Positions 1 through 9,239 of a stretch of 64,000 nt of DNA are shown here, piece after piece. Made by a program: the position numbers and the translations under genes. Each line of letters starts with the position of its first letter. Within the stretch, counting starts at the first letter, position 1. Source of the DNA: an uncultured Victivallales bacterium (GTDB lineage: Bacteria; Verrucomicrobiota; Kiritimatiellia; UBA8416); NCBI GenBank assembly GCA_964497125.1, contig CAZCDU010000010.1, positions 2,888 through 66,887 of the forward strand. Reading direction: 5' to 3'. The notes under the pieces are model-generated. The model ran no database searches and had not been told where the DNA came from. It saw only the letters and a list, made by a program, of their open reading frames with translations.

Positions 1-168
1 GCACCGGCGTACCGGATGGCGCTTCCGTCACAAACACACCCGCCATGGCCGGCGGCGGAGCAATGTTGATCAGTTCCGGCTCATTACGACTACAGGCTGC
101 TACCAGGCAGACACACCCCAACATCATCACTGTCATCACTTTCATACTTCCTCCTTCGTCATTCTTCA

Positions 169-1320
169 TTATCCCGCCGAGCGTAGTGCACTCGGCAATG
201 GTGGTAACAAGCACCGCAATCCGGGAGGCACGGCACCGAGGACCCCAAGGGCCAATCCGGTACCGAGACCAACGCCCGCAACCTGCGGAGTCACACGCAG
301 CACGAAGCTGCCAATTGAGAACGAAACGGTAATGCCATCCAGGAGCCAAAGCGCTGCCAGCGCTGCAACCAGCGTTCCGCAAAGACAGGCCAACGTCGAC
401 TCCTGCACCAGCGAGAACATGATTGCCCTGCGGCCGTAACCAATGGCCTGTAGTGCAGCAATCTCACGAATCCGTGGTGCGAAGGCAGCGTAAAGCGTAT
501 TCAGCCCCCCCAGAACCGCGCCCGTGGCAATTAGCAGTGCGGTCATCCAGGCCATCCCGCGTACAGGCGCATAGAAGGTCGACAGGCGAGCAAAGTAGTC
601 ACTCTCCCGTAGCGCTGCCAGCTCCAGGTCCAGGCGCTGTTTTGTAAACAGGTCCACGCTGCCGAACTCATCACCTTCCAGCCGCAACACAACACAACTG
701 AGATTCTCGCGCAACGAAAGCGAACGCAGATCGCCGAGCGGCATCCAGATCTCAGACTCCATGACCGTGCCCGGTGCGGCGAAAACTCCCGCAACCTTCA
801 CCGAAGCGTCCTGAACAATGACGTCCTTGCCAAGTTGCAGGTCATCGACTGCAAGTCCGAGGCGGCGCCATGCCAATCGACCCACCATGATCTCACCTGA
901 TTTGGGGAACCGACCTTCCTTCAACACGACCCGTCGATGCACAAGCAGCGAACGGTGCGTCACGCCACGGACAAACGCCTGCCGGCGCTCGGTGCCTTCG
1001 ACAGTAAGAAAGGTCATCTGGTGCACCTCGGGAGACACGGCGCGAACCCCCGCAACGCTCCCCACATGCGATATGGATGATTCGGCAATTCCTGCTGCCC
1101 GCTCAGCGATTTCGCTACGCAGTACGCTTTCCTCACTCCCGGCACCAAGTAGCAGGACGTTGTCGTGCGAACCAGACGCCGAGAGTACGTCGCGCATGCC
1201 GCCATTGATCGCTGCCGCAACCATGACCATCAGGACCACCAGGGCACTGCCAAGCACAGCCTGCAGCAGCCGGGTTGGATCCCGGAACAGGTTTCGTATG
1301 GCATAAGAAATAGGCAACAT
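169..1320 (-). CDS. ABC transporter permease, FtsX/MacB-type (efflux operon gene 4)
   Basis: 383-aa ORF. N-terminal TM helix followed by a large periplasmic region and C-terminal TM helices typical of FtsX-family permeases. Last gene of the HlyD-ATPase-permease-permease operon. Confidence 0.75.
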   Translation of the reverse strand: MLPISYAIRNLFRDPTRLLQAVLGSALVVLMVMVAAAINGGMRDVLSASGSHDNVLLLGAGSEESVLRSEIAERAAGIAESSISHVGSVAGVRAVSPEVHQMTFLTVEGTERRQAFVRGVTHRSLLVHRRVVLKEGRFPKSGEIMVGRLAWRRLGLAVDDLQLGKDVIVQDASVKVAGVFAAPGTVMESEIWMPLGDLRSLSLRENLSCVVLRLEGDEFGSVDLFTKQRLDLELAALRESDYFARLSTFYAPVRGMAWMTALLIATGAVLGGLNTLYAAFAPRIREIAALQAIGYGRRAIMFSLVQESTLACLCGTLVAALAALWLLDGITVSFSIGSFVLRVTPQVAGVGLGTGLALGVLGAVPPGLRCLLPPLPSALRSAG

Positions 1321-1323
1321 GGG

Positions 1324-2475
1324 CTAACTCCTCAGACTTTCTACAATGGGCCTACGCATGGCCACCCATGCCGGCCAAAGGGCTGCCAGCATTCCCAGCA
1401 GCAGCGCCAAACCCAGGCCATTCAGAAAGAGCACCGGATTGGGGATCAGCGATACCGTCTGTCCTTCACTGCCGAAGGTGAAGCTGCGCCAGGAAAGGAA
1501 CAGCGTGGCAAGCCCGGCACCCAAAAGGCTACCGATGAAACCCAACAGGGCGCCCTCCGACACAACAAGAAACCCAACAGCCACGCCGGGGAATCCAACG
1601 GTTTGCAGAACCGCATTCTCACGCACACGCCCACGCACAACCAACAGGACGGCATTGCCGATCAGCCCCAGGACTGCCAGCACGGCACCAAGCCCGATCC
1701 AGCGTGTAAAGCCGATCAGGTCAATCAGCTCCTTTGCCGTCATCGCCAGGAAGGCCTTTTCCGGCTGAGTTGTGGTGGGATCCGTTTCACTACGGAACCG
1801 GGCATCAATAGCTGCCGCGACCGGTTCCAGGTCTTCACTCGAATCAACACGTACGTTGAACTGCGTAACCACCCCTAGCCCGTGGCGCGATGCCTGCTGC
1901 AGGAACGGAAGGTGGACATAAGCCACGCTGTTGTCCTGCGGCAGCGGGGAATCGATGATCCCACAGACCACGACGCGCACACCGACGGCTTCAAACGCAT
2001 CACCTGCCTTCAGGTTGCGCTTAGCCGCGAGATGCTTGCCAACCAGGGCCCCATCATCCCGGGCTTTCCACTTCTCGTAGGAACCTTCGATGACGTTAAT
2101 CTCCGGCGCGTAGCGAGACAGTTGGTCTTGTGGCACCCCACGAAACGTAATCACGTCCAGGCTGGCTCCACAGTTGTTCACGGTGATCTTAATCGGGATC
2201 ACCTCCCGCACTCCGCGAATGCGACGAATTTCATCTTCGTAGAATTGCGGAAGCCGGCTTGTCTCAGGGCAAAACCGGTTCTCCCGGTAGACGACCAGGG
2301 TCGTATCGGCCGCCCGGATGCGCGTGGCTTCATCCAACGAGTGCTGCATGGTCTGAACTGTCGTGTACAGAAACATGCCGGATGCCACCCCACATAGCGT
2401 TAGCAATGTACGCACGCGGTGACGGACCAGCTGCTTGCCGGCCAGCACGATCAGTCTGAATCCCTTGACAAACAT
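1324..2475 (-). CDS. ABC transporter permease, FtsX/MacB-type (efflux operon gene 3)
   Basis: 383-aa paralogue of the downstream permease with the same FtsX-like topology. Only 3 bp separate it from the neighbouring genes. Confidence 0.75.
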   Translation of the reverse strand: MFVKGFRLIVLAGKQLVRHRVRTLLTLCGVASGMFLYTTVQTMQHSLDEATRIRAADTTLVVYRENRFCPETSRLPQFYEDEIRRIRGVREVIPIKITVNNCGASLDVITFRGVPQDQLSRYAPEINVIEGSYEKWKARDDGALVGKHLAAKRNLKAGDAFEAVGVRVVVCGIIDSPLPQDNSVAYVHLPFLQQASRHGLGVVTQFNVRVDSSEDLEPVAAAIDARFRSETDPTTTQPEKAFLAMTAKELIDLIGFTRWIGLGAVLAVLGLIGNAVLLVVRGRVRENAVLQTVGFPGVAVGFLVVSEGALLGFIGSLLGAGLATLFLSWRSFTFGSEGQTVSLIPNPVLFLNGLGLALLLGMLAALWPAWVAMRRPIVESLRS

Positions 2476-2477
2476 GG

Positions 2478-3176
2478 CTAGGCCTCTCCCTGTTCAAGCA
2501 GTCGACCCTTTTCAAGATGCAGAATACGATCCGCGGCTTCAGCCGCGCGTGGATCGTGTGTGACCATGACAATCGTCTTACCATGATCAGACGAGAGCGA
2601 GTGCAGCAACGCCAGCACGGCATCGGCGGCCTCACGGTCCAGGTCACCGGTCGGTTCATCGGCCACCAGCAGTTCCGGGGACCCGACAAGAGCACGGGCA
2701 ATCGCCACCCGTTGCTCTTGTCCGCCTGACAGCTCACGTGGGAAGTGATGCATGCGGTCATCAAGCCCGACCAGCGCCAACGTACTCTCAACCCGCTCAC
2801 GACGCTCTCGCCGCGAGAGGTCATCCAGAAGAAGAGGCAACTCCACGTTCTCAAACGCGGTCAGGACCGGCACCAGGTGGTAGAGCTGAAAAATGTACCC
2901 AACGTGATGCGCACGCCACCGCGCCAATCGACCGCGAGAAAGCTGCGAGATATCCTGCCCACAGACTTCCAATGATCCCTCGCTGGGAGAGTCAATGCCC
3001 GCGATAAGGTTGAGCAACGTCGTCTTCCCCGAACCAGACGGCCCCATCAATGCCAGGTGCTCTCCCACGGACACATGCAGGTCGAGAGCCTGCAACGGAG
3101 TCACAGTCCTTTCCCCTTTTCGGTAGTGCTTGGTAAGCTTATGGCAGCGAATGATACTTCTATTACTCTCGTTCAT
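2478..3176 (-). CDS. ABC transporter ATP-binding protein (MacB/LolD-like)
   Basis: Walker A 'GPSGSGKTT', ABC signature 'LSGGQEQR' and Walker B '[12 protein letters not shown]'. The six-frame ORF runs to 3557, but start was set at the internal ATG for 'MNESNRS' (3174-3176), which overlaps the HlyD stop by 14 bp. The 127 upstream residues have no ABC-like sequence. Confidence 0.85.
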   Translation of the reverse strand: MNESNRSIIRCHKLTKHYRKGERTVTPLQALDLHVSVGEHLALMGPSGSGKTTLLNLIAGIDSPSEGSLEVCGQDISQLSRGRLARWRAHHVGYIFQLYHLVPVLTAFENVELPLLLDDLSRRERRERVESTLALVGLDDRMHHFPRELSGGQEQRVAIARALVGSPELLVADEPTGDLDREAADAVLALLHSLSSDHGKTIVMVTHDPRAAEAADRILHLEKGRLLEQGEA

Positions 3177-4410
3177 GATCTGTCTTTCTCCTGACGCGTC
3201 GACCTTCTGCAAGAGCAGCATCGCCGCCGGTAACCACGGTCTCATTGGCACGCAGCCCATCCAGCACCAGCCGGTAGCCATGAGCGTGAACGTTGGAAAC
3301 TCGAATATCTCGCTTGAGGGCCCGCTGCGAAATCGCATCAACCACCCACACGGTTTGCGCTTCTGCATCACCGCCTCGCAGGGCTGCTTCCGGCACCCAA
3401 AGCCCGTGACGACCGGAGCCCTCCCCGTCGGCGGAGCCAATTTCCGGTTGGTTCCAGAACTCGACGCGACAAAGCACATCCGGCCGTAGGCGCGGATCCG
3501 GGTCGAACACAGCAACCTTGGCCTGGAGCGTGTTGCGTTGGAGATCTGCCTGGCCAACGATACGCGTCACCCGTCCGGTAAAAACCTGCCCAGGCAGCAT
3601 TCCCGTTGAGATGAGCGTGGGCTGCCCCACGAAAAGCCGCCCGGCTTCCGCCAACGGCACATCAACGCGCACTTGCTGGTGCAGCGGGTCAAACAGAGAA
3701 ACGATGCTGGCACTATGAGGGTCATCCATGGCGGCGCGTCGCTTCTGTCCGGGTTCCGCAAAACGTTGCAGCACGACACCATCACGGTCGGCACGGATCA
3801 CCGTCCGGTCGAGCGCCAGCTGAGCGGTCTCAAGTCGCACGCGCGCAGCGGACAGCTCTGCTTCATGCCGGGCAACGGCCTGGCGGGCCGCAATTCGCTC
3901 CGTGGCGGTTGTGTCCCGCTCCGCCAGGGCCGTGATGCGCTGCCACCGATCCTCTGCTTCTTCGACCCGGGCAGCAGCTCCACGCACCTCGGCTTCAGCC
4001 AATCGCGTGGCCAACGTTGCATCAGCGGCATCAAGCCGGGCAAGTACCTGGCCGTTGGTCACGGTCTCGCCTTCTTTCACGAGCACGTCTTCGATAAACC
4101 CGTCTGTCAGAACTGCGATATTGACTGGCCAGGGATCGGGTTCAAGCCAGCCGGAGGCCTGAAAGAGCAATTCCTCGCCACCCGACGATCCAGCCGATGC
4201 GGTGGTCCCTTCCTGTTCCAGCAAGATGACGGTATCCACCTCGACGGGAACTGCTCGACTCAACTGGTCACGAAAGACAAGCGCCAGTACGGCGAGAATG
4301 CCGCCCAAAAGGGCAAGGCTGAAAAGTACCGTCTTCCATTTGCTCCGACTATGCCCGCGTGATTTGCTCGAAAGATGCGCGGGTACATCATCTGATTTTT
4401 CACTGTCCAT
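3163..4410 (-). CDS. HlyD-family periplasmic adaptor (membrane fusion protein) of the efflux pump
   Basis: 415 aa with one N-terminal TM helix, a long Ala/Glu/Arg-rich coiled-coil segment and a beta-barrel/lipoyl-like C-terminal part. It is followed by the ABC ATPase. Confidence 0.75.
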   Translation of the reverse strand: MDSEKSDDVPAHLSSKSRGHSRSKWKTVLFSLALLGGILAVLALVFRDQLSRAVPVEVDTVILLEQEGTTASAGSSGGEELLFQASGWLEPDPWPVNIAVLTDGFIEDVLVKEGETVTNGQVLARLDAADATLATRLAEAEVRGAAARVEEAEDRWQRITALAERDTTATERIAARQAVARHEAELSAARVRLETAQLALDRTVIRADRDGVVLQRFAEPGQKRRAAMDDPHSASIVSLFDPLHQQVRVDVPLAEAGRLFVGQPTLISTGMLPGQVFTGRVTRIVGQADLQRNTLQAKVAVFDPDPRLRPDVLCRVEFWNQPEIGSADGEGSGRHGLWVPEAALRGGDAEAQTVWVVDAISQRALKRDIRVSNVHAHGYRLVLDGLRANETVVTGGDAALAEGRRVRRKTDHERE

Positions 4411-4492
4411 TTCTTGAGATCCTGTGGTTGCTGCGGCGAATGGCGTTATCCACCGCAGTTTTCAAATGAGATACTGAAGGAATGGAGGGGTA

Positions 4493-4933
4493 TCAGACGC
4501 GCAGAACGATACTGCGCTTGGCCACGAGGGCGGCAGAGAGTCGTAGGTCGACTCCTGGAGGCTGGATCATACGAGGTTGCGCATGATCAGGAAGGGAAGA
4601 AACAACGACAGGGCACGTTGCTAACAGATCAGAGACTTGCGTCGCGTTCACAGATTGCTTCTCGAGGATGTATTCAGAAGCGTCCAGAGTAAGCTGGACA
4701 TCAATGCATGTGTCACAGCAATGACAGTTGGTCACACGGACCAACGCTTCAGGTCGTGCGGAGCGTTGTTGCGTACCGTCACGGTCGCCACAGTAACCGT
4801 CATGGGCCACCTCGATAGCGACATGCCCATCGCTGCCAATACACAGCACAACACCAGACAGCCCTGACACCAGAATGGTTACCGCCATCCAGCTCAGAAC
4901 AAGCAGTCTCACTGTTGTCTGTAGTCCCTTCAT
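4493..4933 (-). CDS. hypothetical small secreted Cys-rich protein
   Basis: 146-aa ORF with a signal-peptide-like N-terminus and a 'CHCCDTC' cysteine cluster. No recognisable family, so it may not be a real gene. Confidence 0.3.
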   Translation of the reverse strand: MKGLQTTVRLLVLSWMAVTILVSGLSGVVLCIGSDGHVAIEVAHDGYCGDRDGTQQRSARPEALVRVTNCHCCDTCIDVQLTLDASEYILEKQSVNATQVSDLLATCPVVVSSLPDHAQPRMIQPPGVDLRLSAALVAKRSIVLRV

Positions 4934-5059
4934 CTATACAACGATACCAAGTTATTCTGCTTATAGTCAATACTCCCAACGCGTAGCGTTTTGCGATGCT
5001 ACCATCACGACCCCCAGAACTCAGAGGCCGGCCAACCCCCGGCATCGTACCGCCGCCGG

Positions 5060-5400
5060 ATTATCCACCGGTGAAACTCTCTTCCTTGCTCTCTACTTGC
5101 TCTAGGCATACAGGCGAGACGCCTGTGCCACGGCAGGGGCATCATCGCCCCCAACGCTTCGTCGAGGAGCCAACGTGGCACGGGCGTCCCGCCCGTAAGC
5201 CAAGAGCAAGTTCTGGAGCAAAACAGGTGAGTTCCAGGTCAGCCCCGCCCCCGAGCGCGCTCGGACTAATCAGGGATGAAACTCTCTTCGTAGGCCGGGA
5301 AAGAATTCTCGGCCGTAGGCTGGGGCGGGAGTAGGCGGGAAGAGTTCCCGCCCTACATTCAGAGGTGAAGACCCCAAGAAGACGGGGAAGTTTCAGACCT
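5060..5400. repeat. intergenic repeat cluster A (MITE/REP-like units plus the 138-nt palindromic element)
   Basis: Contains 'GGTGAAACTCTC', 'CTCGGACTAATCAGGGATGAAAC' and 'GGGGAAGTTTCAGACC' motifs shared with 39.1-39.3 kb (inverted) and 47.1-47.7 kb. The GGGCGGGA...TCCCGCCC palindrome is also present. Confidence 0.7.
5088..5225. repeat. 138-nt highly self-complementary element, copy 1 (candidate structured ncRNA or MITE cargo)
   Basis: Outer stem CTTGCTCT(A)GGC / GCCAAGAGCAAG, inner hairpin CAGGCG-AGA-CGCCTG and GTGCCACGG / (CC)GTGGCAC. Nearly identical to 47551-47688 except for the central ~40 nt. Confidence 0.7.
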
Positions 5401-6394
5401 TGATCTCGGCAAATGACTCACGGCTCTGAGGTTCGCAGACAGCTGTCGTGGATGTATCACCCGCAGACAGTTCGACAGTCACGGCAACATCGCCACCACA
5501 GTATGCGGCTATCACCTTGGCCGAGAGGAGGCCATCGCATTCCGCGTCCTTCTGACCACGCAGCAACCCCGATGGCCCGCTAACGCTCACAGGCTCGAGA
5601 CGCACGTCACCGTCGCGCCCCATGCGTTCAAGGTGCTCACACTCCTCCTTGTTGCGACCAAGGACGAGTTTGGCTCCAGAGGGAAGACGGAAATGGCGGC
5701 CGATCTTGAGCAATGCGACATCAGACATCTCAAGCCCACCCGTAAAGTCGATATGCTCGCGAAGTCGCGCAGAGAAATGCTTGTCCGTTAACAGGCAGCC
5801 ACCCGCAGGACAGGGGTAATCGCCAATATGGAGCTTCTCTGCCAGGTCCATCTGGGGCCTGCGGCCACGCCCCTGGATAGCGAGAAGGCTCTCGCGCGGC
5901 ACCCAGCCTTCCTTCTCGGGGATCGTTGGTGGCATATGTTGCGCGCAAAGCGGCCTCACAATCAGACCTTCCAACTCCGTCTCCCGCTCAATGATCTTCA
6001 ACTTGTCACTGAGCTGCGACATCGGCCGCTGCCCGATCACCTCGCCGGTCATGATAAAGGAAGCGCCTTCATCCTCCATCATCTGTTTCGCCTTGCGGAA
6101 CATCATGATGCGACAGTCCAGGCAGGCATTCATGCCGCTGCCACGGCCGTGTTTTGGATCTACTACGATATCCATGTAGGCGGAGCCCAACCCCACGGTT
6201 GAGAATCGGATTCCCAGTTCGTCGGCAATCTTCTGGGCATAGTGGATACAGCCTCCCGAGCCACGATTACACATACAGAAGGGCCCCGTGAAGTGTACAC
6301 CGATGATCTCAATTCCCATGTCGTGGAGCATCCGTACAGCCAAGTTGCTGTCCAGTCCCCCCGACATCAGGGCAATGGCTTTGCGCTGACTCAT
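5393..6394 (-). CDS. PP-loop superfamily ATP pyrophosphatase (ThiI/MnmA-like, probable thiolation enzyme)
   Basis: PP-loop 'ALMSGGLDS' near the N-terminus and a 'TGEVIGQRPMSQ' motif resembling the ThiI 'TGExLGQVASQT' region. Start was set at 'MSQRKAIALMSGG' so that it does not overlap the sulfite reductase stop. Confidence 0.55.
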   Translation of the reverse strand: MSQRKAIALMSGGLDSNLAVRMLHDMGIEIIGVHFTGPFCMCNRGSGGCIHYAQKIADELGIRFSTVGLGSAYMDIVVDPKHGRGSGMNACLDCRIMMFRKAKQMMEDEGASFIMTGEVIGQRPMSQLSDKLKIIERETELEGLIVRPLCAQHMPPTIPEKEGWVPRESLLAIQGRGRRPQMDLAEKLHIGDYPCPAGGCLLTDKHFSARLREHIDFTGGLEMSDVALLKIGRHFRLPSGAKLVLGRNKEECEHLERMGRDGDVRLEPVSVSGPSGLLRGQKDAECDGLLSAKVIAAYCGGDVAVTVELSAGDTSTTAVCEPQSRESFAEIKV

Positions 6395-6434
6395 CTTTTT
6401 CTCCGAACCTTTCCCGTACGCTCTCGGCGCATCC

Positions 6435-8822
6435 CTATTCACTGTTCTTCTTCACAACGATACGCCAATGACCGTCTTCAAGATCCGTCGTCTCGACAAT
6501 CTCCTGCCCCTCCCCTTTCAGGCTCGCCGGTACGTTCTGAACCGGTTCGCCGGCATCCAGCACAATCGCCAGGGAGGACCCCACATCCATGGTCTCAAGC
6601 CTCAGCTTCGCCTTGACGAAATTCATCGGACAAGCAACGCCGCGGAGATCCAGCTCGGGGACGTTGGCCAGCGGCGCCGCTGCCTGCTCGTCATCGACTA
6701 CGGCCTGCCTGCTTGCTTGCGCCGTCTCCGGAGCTTGCAGCATGGGCTGACCGCCGTCGGAATCCTCTGGCGGATGAAACGCCAGGTTGCCATCAAGGGT
6801 CGAGTACAATAGCTCAACGCGTTCGAGCAGGGAGGAAACATAATCCTCATACCCATCAAACGCATCCTGCCACCCTTGTATATAGCCGCGCGCTCGTGTC
6901 AGCAGTGCGCTGAACTCCTCTGCGACAAGCCCCGTATCAACGAACTGCGCCTCGAACTCCCGCAGAACCGAATCCGGATCCTGCACGTCGACGCCGCGTG
7001 TAATCAGCAGTGCCCTGGCGGCAGGCAGAAGTATATCGAAAGGCTCGGTGGCCTTGCGCGCAGCGGCCAAGTCAGCCTGGATAACCTCGAAAACCCCGGA
7101 CCCGCACTCTCCTGCCCCGCGACCGGCCAGCGAGAACTCCTCGTCGGCACCAAAGTCCCGATAGAAGTCAGGCTGCTCATCGTGAGACGGCGTTGCCGCG
7201 TACCCCGCAACGATCTCCCCCAGGTGCGCTTTATCCGTCCGGTCGAAATAGTCGGAAAACGTCTCGTCATTCCGGCGGTTGGCTTCAAAATCCAGAGCAA
7301 ACGCCCGCATCAGATCGGGTAACGCTCGCGCTGGCACCTCGCCCGCCGCGGCGCCAAGTCGCGCACCAGTCACATCGCATCGACCACCAAGCGTAACACG
7401 GTAGGCCGGCACCAGGCGTCCTTCCGATCGCCGTGCAGCGCCAGAGAGACCTATCGGACCAATCGGCTGGTGCCCGCAAGCATTGGGGCATCCATTGATG
7501 TAGACCTCCATCGTGTTGAGCGTATCAGGACTCACGTCACTCGCGTCCAACGCATCGGCACAGGCGCGAGCCGCACCGCGTGCAAGACATAGCCCCAGGC
7601 GACAGGTCGACGCCCCGGCACAAGCCACAAAGCGTTCCAACGCGACCGGCGCGACCACGTCAGTCTCAAGCGTCTGCAGTTCTGCCATCAGCGCCGGAAG
7701 ATCATCAATCTTCACGGAACGGATCACCAGGTTCTGGGAGCGCATCGTGCGTGGGCCTTGCTCCTCGCTGAACTTCGCGGCGATATCACCGATGCGCGCG
7801 AACTCCCCGGCGGGCACAAACCCGAGGGGCAGATGCAACGGAACGGACACGAGCCCATCCTGCCGCTGCCGTACAGCCCATGCATCACCAAACTGTTCCT
7901 TCTGCGGCACGGATGCCGGTGCCGTCTCGGCGGCTTCGTGCAGCATAACATCGCCACACCATTCGGGCACTCCCTCGGCCGTCACGGCGTCCATCAACTC
8001 GGCGAATTGCTGCTTGATGGCCGCCAGCCCGAGGCGCTCGAACACATAACGCAATCGTGCCCGGTTCTTGTTGGTGCGATCTCCATGCTTGTCGAAGAGT
8101 CGTCTGATGGACTCGGCAATGCGAATCACCTGCGTCGCAGGCGTCCACGAGAGCAACTCGTCGCCGACACGGGAGTTGCCGCCCATGCCGCCCCCGGCAA
8201 TCACACGAAAACCGGGCACGCCGTCGCGGACCTCCGCAACGAACCCCAAATCGGACACCTGCGCCAGGGCGCAATCCGCCGCGCAACCACTGAAGGCAAT
8301 CTTGTACTTACGCGGCAGATTGTAGCTCCCAATCAGTGGAATCAGATACTCGGTCACCGCGTGGGCAAATGGCGTGACATCGAAGCTCTCGTGAGGACAG
8401 ATTCCCGCGTAGGGACACGCCGTGATATTCCGCACCGTATTTCCGCCACCGCCCTTGCTGGTAAGTCCAACGGCCATCAGCCGCCGCATAATGGTGGGTG
8501 TGTCTGCAATGGAAATCCCATGCAGCTGAACGTCCTGGCGGGTCGTTACATGCAGCAGGCCGTTGCCGAACTCCGTGCTCAATGCCGCCAGCTCCCGCGC
8601 CTGTTCGTTGGCCAAGGCACCGCCGGCCACGCGGACACGGACCATGTAAGTCCCGTCCTGGCGCTGTTCGTAAACGCCACGAGGCACACGCTTGGCTTTG
8701 AAGACACCAACGGGTATCTCCTCGGCTTCGAAACGTTTAACGTCCTGCGCATAGGTTTCGATGTCGGCGGCAAGATCTTCTGGTAGGTGATAGAAAGGCT
8801 CACTCATCTGTGTGTGCTCCAA
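6435..8822 (-). CDS. siroheme-type sulfite reductase (ferredoxin-nitrite/sulfite reductase family) fused to a C-terminal TusA-like domain
   Basis: 795 aa. Siroheme/4Fe-4S cysteine motifs 'CAGASTCRLGLC' and 'GCPNACG' plus two NiR/SiR ferredoxin-like half-domains. The last ~70 aa, 'LDLRGVACPMNFVKAKLRLE...', match the TusA/SirA CPxP sulfur-carrier motif. Confidence 0.8.
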   Translation of the reverse strand: MEHTQMSEPFYHLPEDLAADIETYAQDVKRFEAEEIPVGVFKAKRVPRGVYEQRQDGTYMVRVRVAGGALANEQARELAALSTEFGNGLLHVTTRQDVQLHGISIADTPTIMRRLMAVGLTSKGGGGNTVRNITACPYAGICPHESFDVTPFAHAVTEYLIPLIGSYNLPRKYKIAFSGCAADCALAQVSDLGFVAEVRDGVPGFRVIAGGGMGGNSRVGDELLSWTPATQVIRIAESIRRLFDKHGDRTNKNRARLRYVFERLGLAAIKQQFAELMDAVTAEGVPEWCGDVMLHEAAETAPASVPQKEQFGDAWAVRQRQDGLVSVPLHLPLGFVPAGEFARIGDIAAKFSEEQGPRTMRSQNLVIRSVKIDDLPALMAELQTLETDVVAPVALERFVACAGASTCRLGLCLARGAARACADALDASDVSPDTLNTMEVYINGCPNACGHQPIGPIGLSGAARRSEGRLVPAYRVTLGGRCDVTGARLGAAAGEVPARALPDLMRAFALDFEANRRNDETFSDYFDRTDKAHLGEIVAGYAATPSHDEQPDFYRDFGADEEFSLAGRGAGECGSGVFEVIQADLAAARKATEPFDILLPAARALLITRGVDVQDPDSVLREFEAQFVDTGLVAEEFSALLTRARGYIQGWQDAFDGYEDYVSSLLERVELLYSTLDGNLAFHPPEDSDGGQPMLQAPETAQASRQAVVDDEQAAAPLANVPELDLRGVACPMNFVKAKLRLETMDVGSSLAIVLDAGEPVQNVPASLKGEGQEIVETTDLEDGHWRIVVKKNSE

Positions 8823-8837
8823 GGGGTCGTCGTCTGT

Positions 8838-9239
8838 TTATACAATCTCAATCTCAACCGGAGTCGGTACTCCGTCAGCAACCGTAAAGCCTTTGATGTC
8901 GGGATTCTCCGGATCAGCCAGCGATACGATCACGTAAACAACATTCGGCGTGTAGGCCATGCGCAAGTCTTCCTCCGACATGCGAGCGGGCGTTACCGGA
9001 TGACTGTGCCAGATCGCCAGCATACGCAGTCCTCTGGAACGCATATCCTTGACGACCGCAAACTGCTCCTCCGGAGCCATGTTGTAGTGCTCGGCGGCCG
9101 CATCGGTATTCACGAGCTCATAGAACTGCTCAACCGCATCGTCCACGCCACCAAGCAGACCACATGCCTCAATCGGCGCTACGGCGCGGGCCGCCGTCAC
9201 CATCGCGTCATACACATCGCGGGGGATCGTCAGTTTCAT
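8838..9239 (-). CDS. JAMM/MPN+ metalloprotease (Mec+/HcyD-like; releases product from the sulfur-carrier protein)
   Basis: 133 aa with the JAMM motif 'HSHPxxxxxxSxxD' ('IWHSHPVTPARMSEED') and an upstream Glu. It overlaps the MoeB-like gene by 4 bp. Confidence 0.8.
   Translation of the reverse strand: MKLTIPRDVYDAMVTAARAVAPIEACGLLGGVDDAVEQFYELVNTDAAAEHYNMAPEEQFAVVKDMRSRGLRMLAIWHSHPVTPARMSEEDLRMAYTPNVVYVIVSLADPENPDIKGFTVADGVPTPVEIEIV

Noticed and set aside
45-332. 95-aa plus-strand ORF at the window start
   Set aside because: It overlaps the 3' end of the FtsX permease on the opposite strand. The composition is Pro/Arg-rich and low-complexity, so it is likely spurious.
2478-3557. Long 359-aa form of the ABC ATPase ORF
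   Set aside because: The first 127 residues have no ABC-like sequence and overlap the HlyD gene in another frame. The internal ATG at 3174-3176 ('MNESNRS') gives a canonical ~233-aa ABC ATPase.
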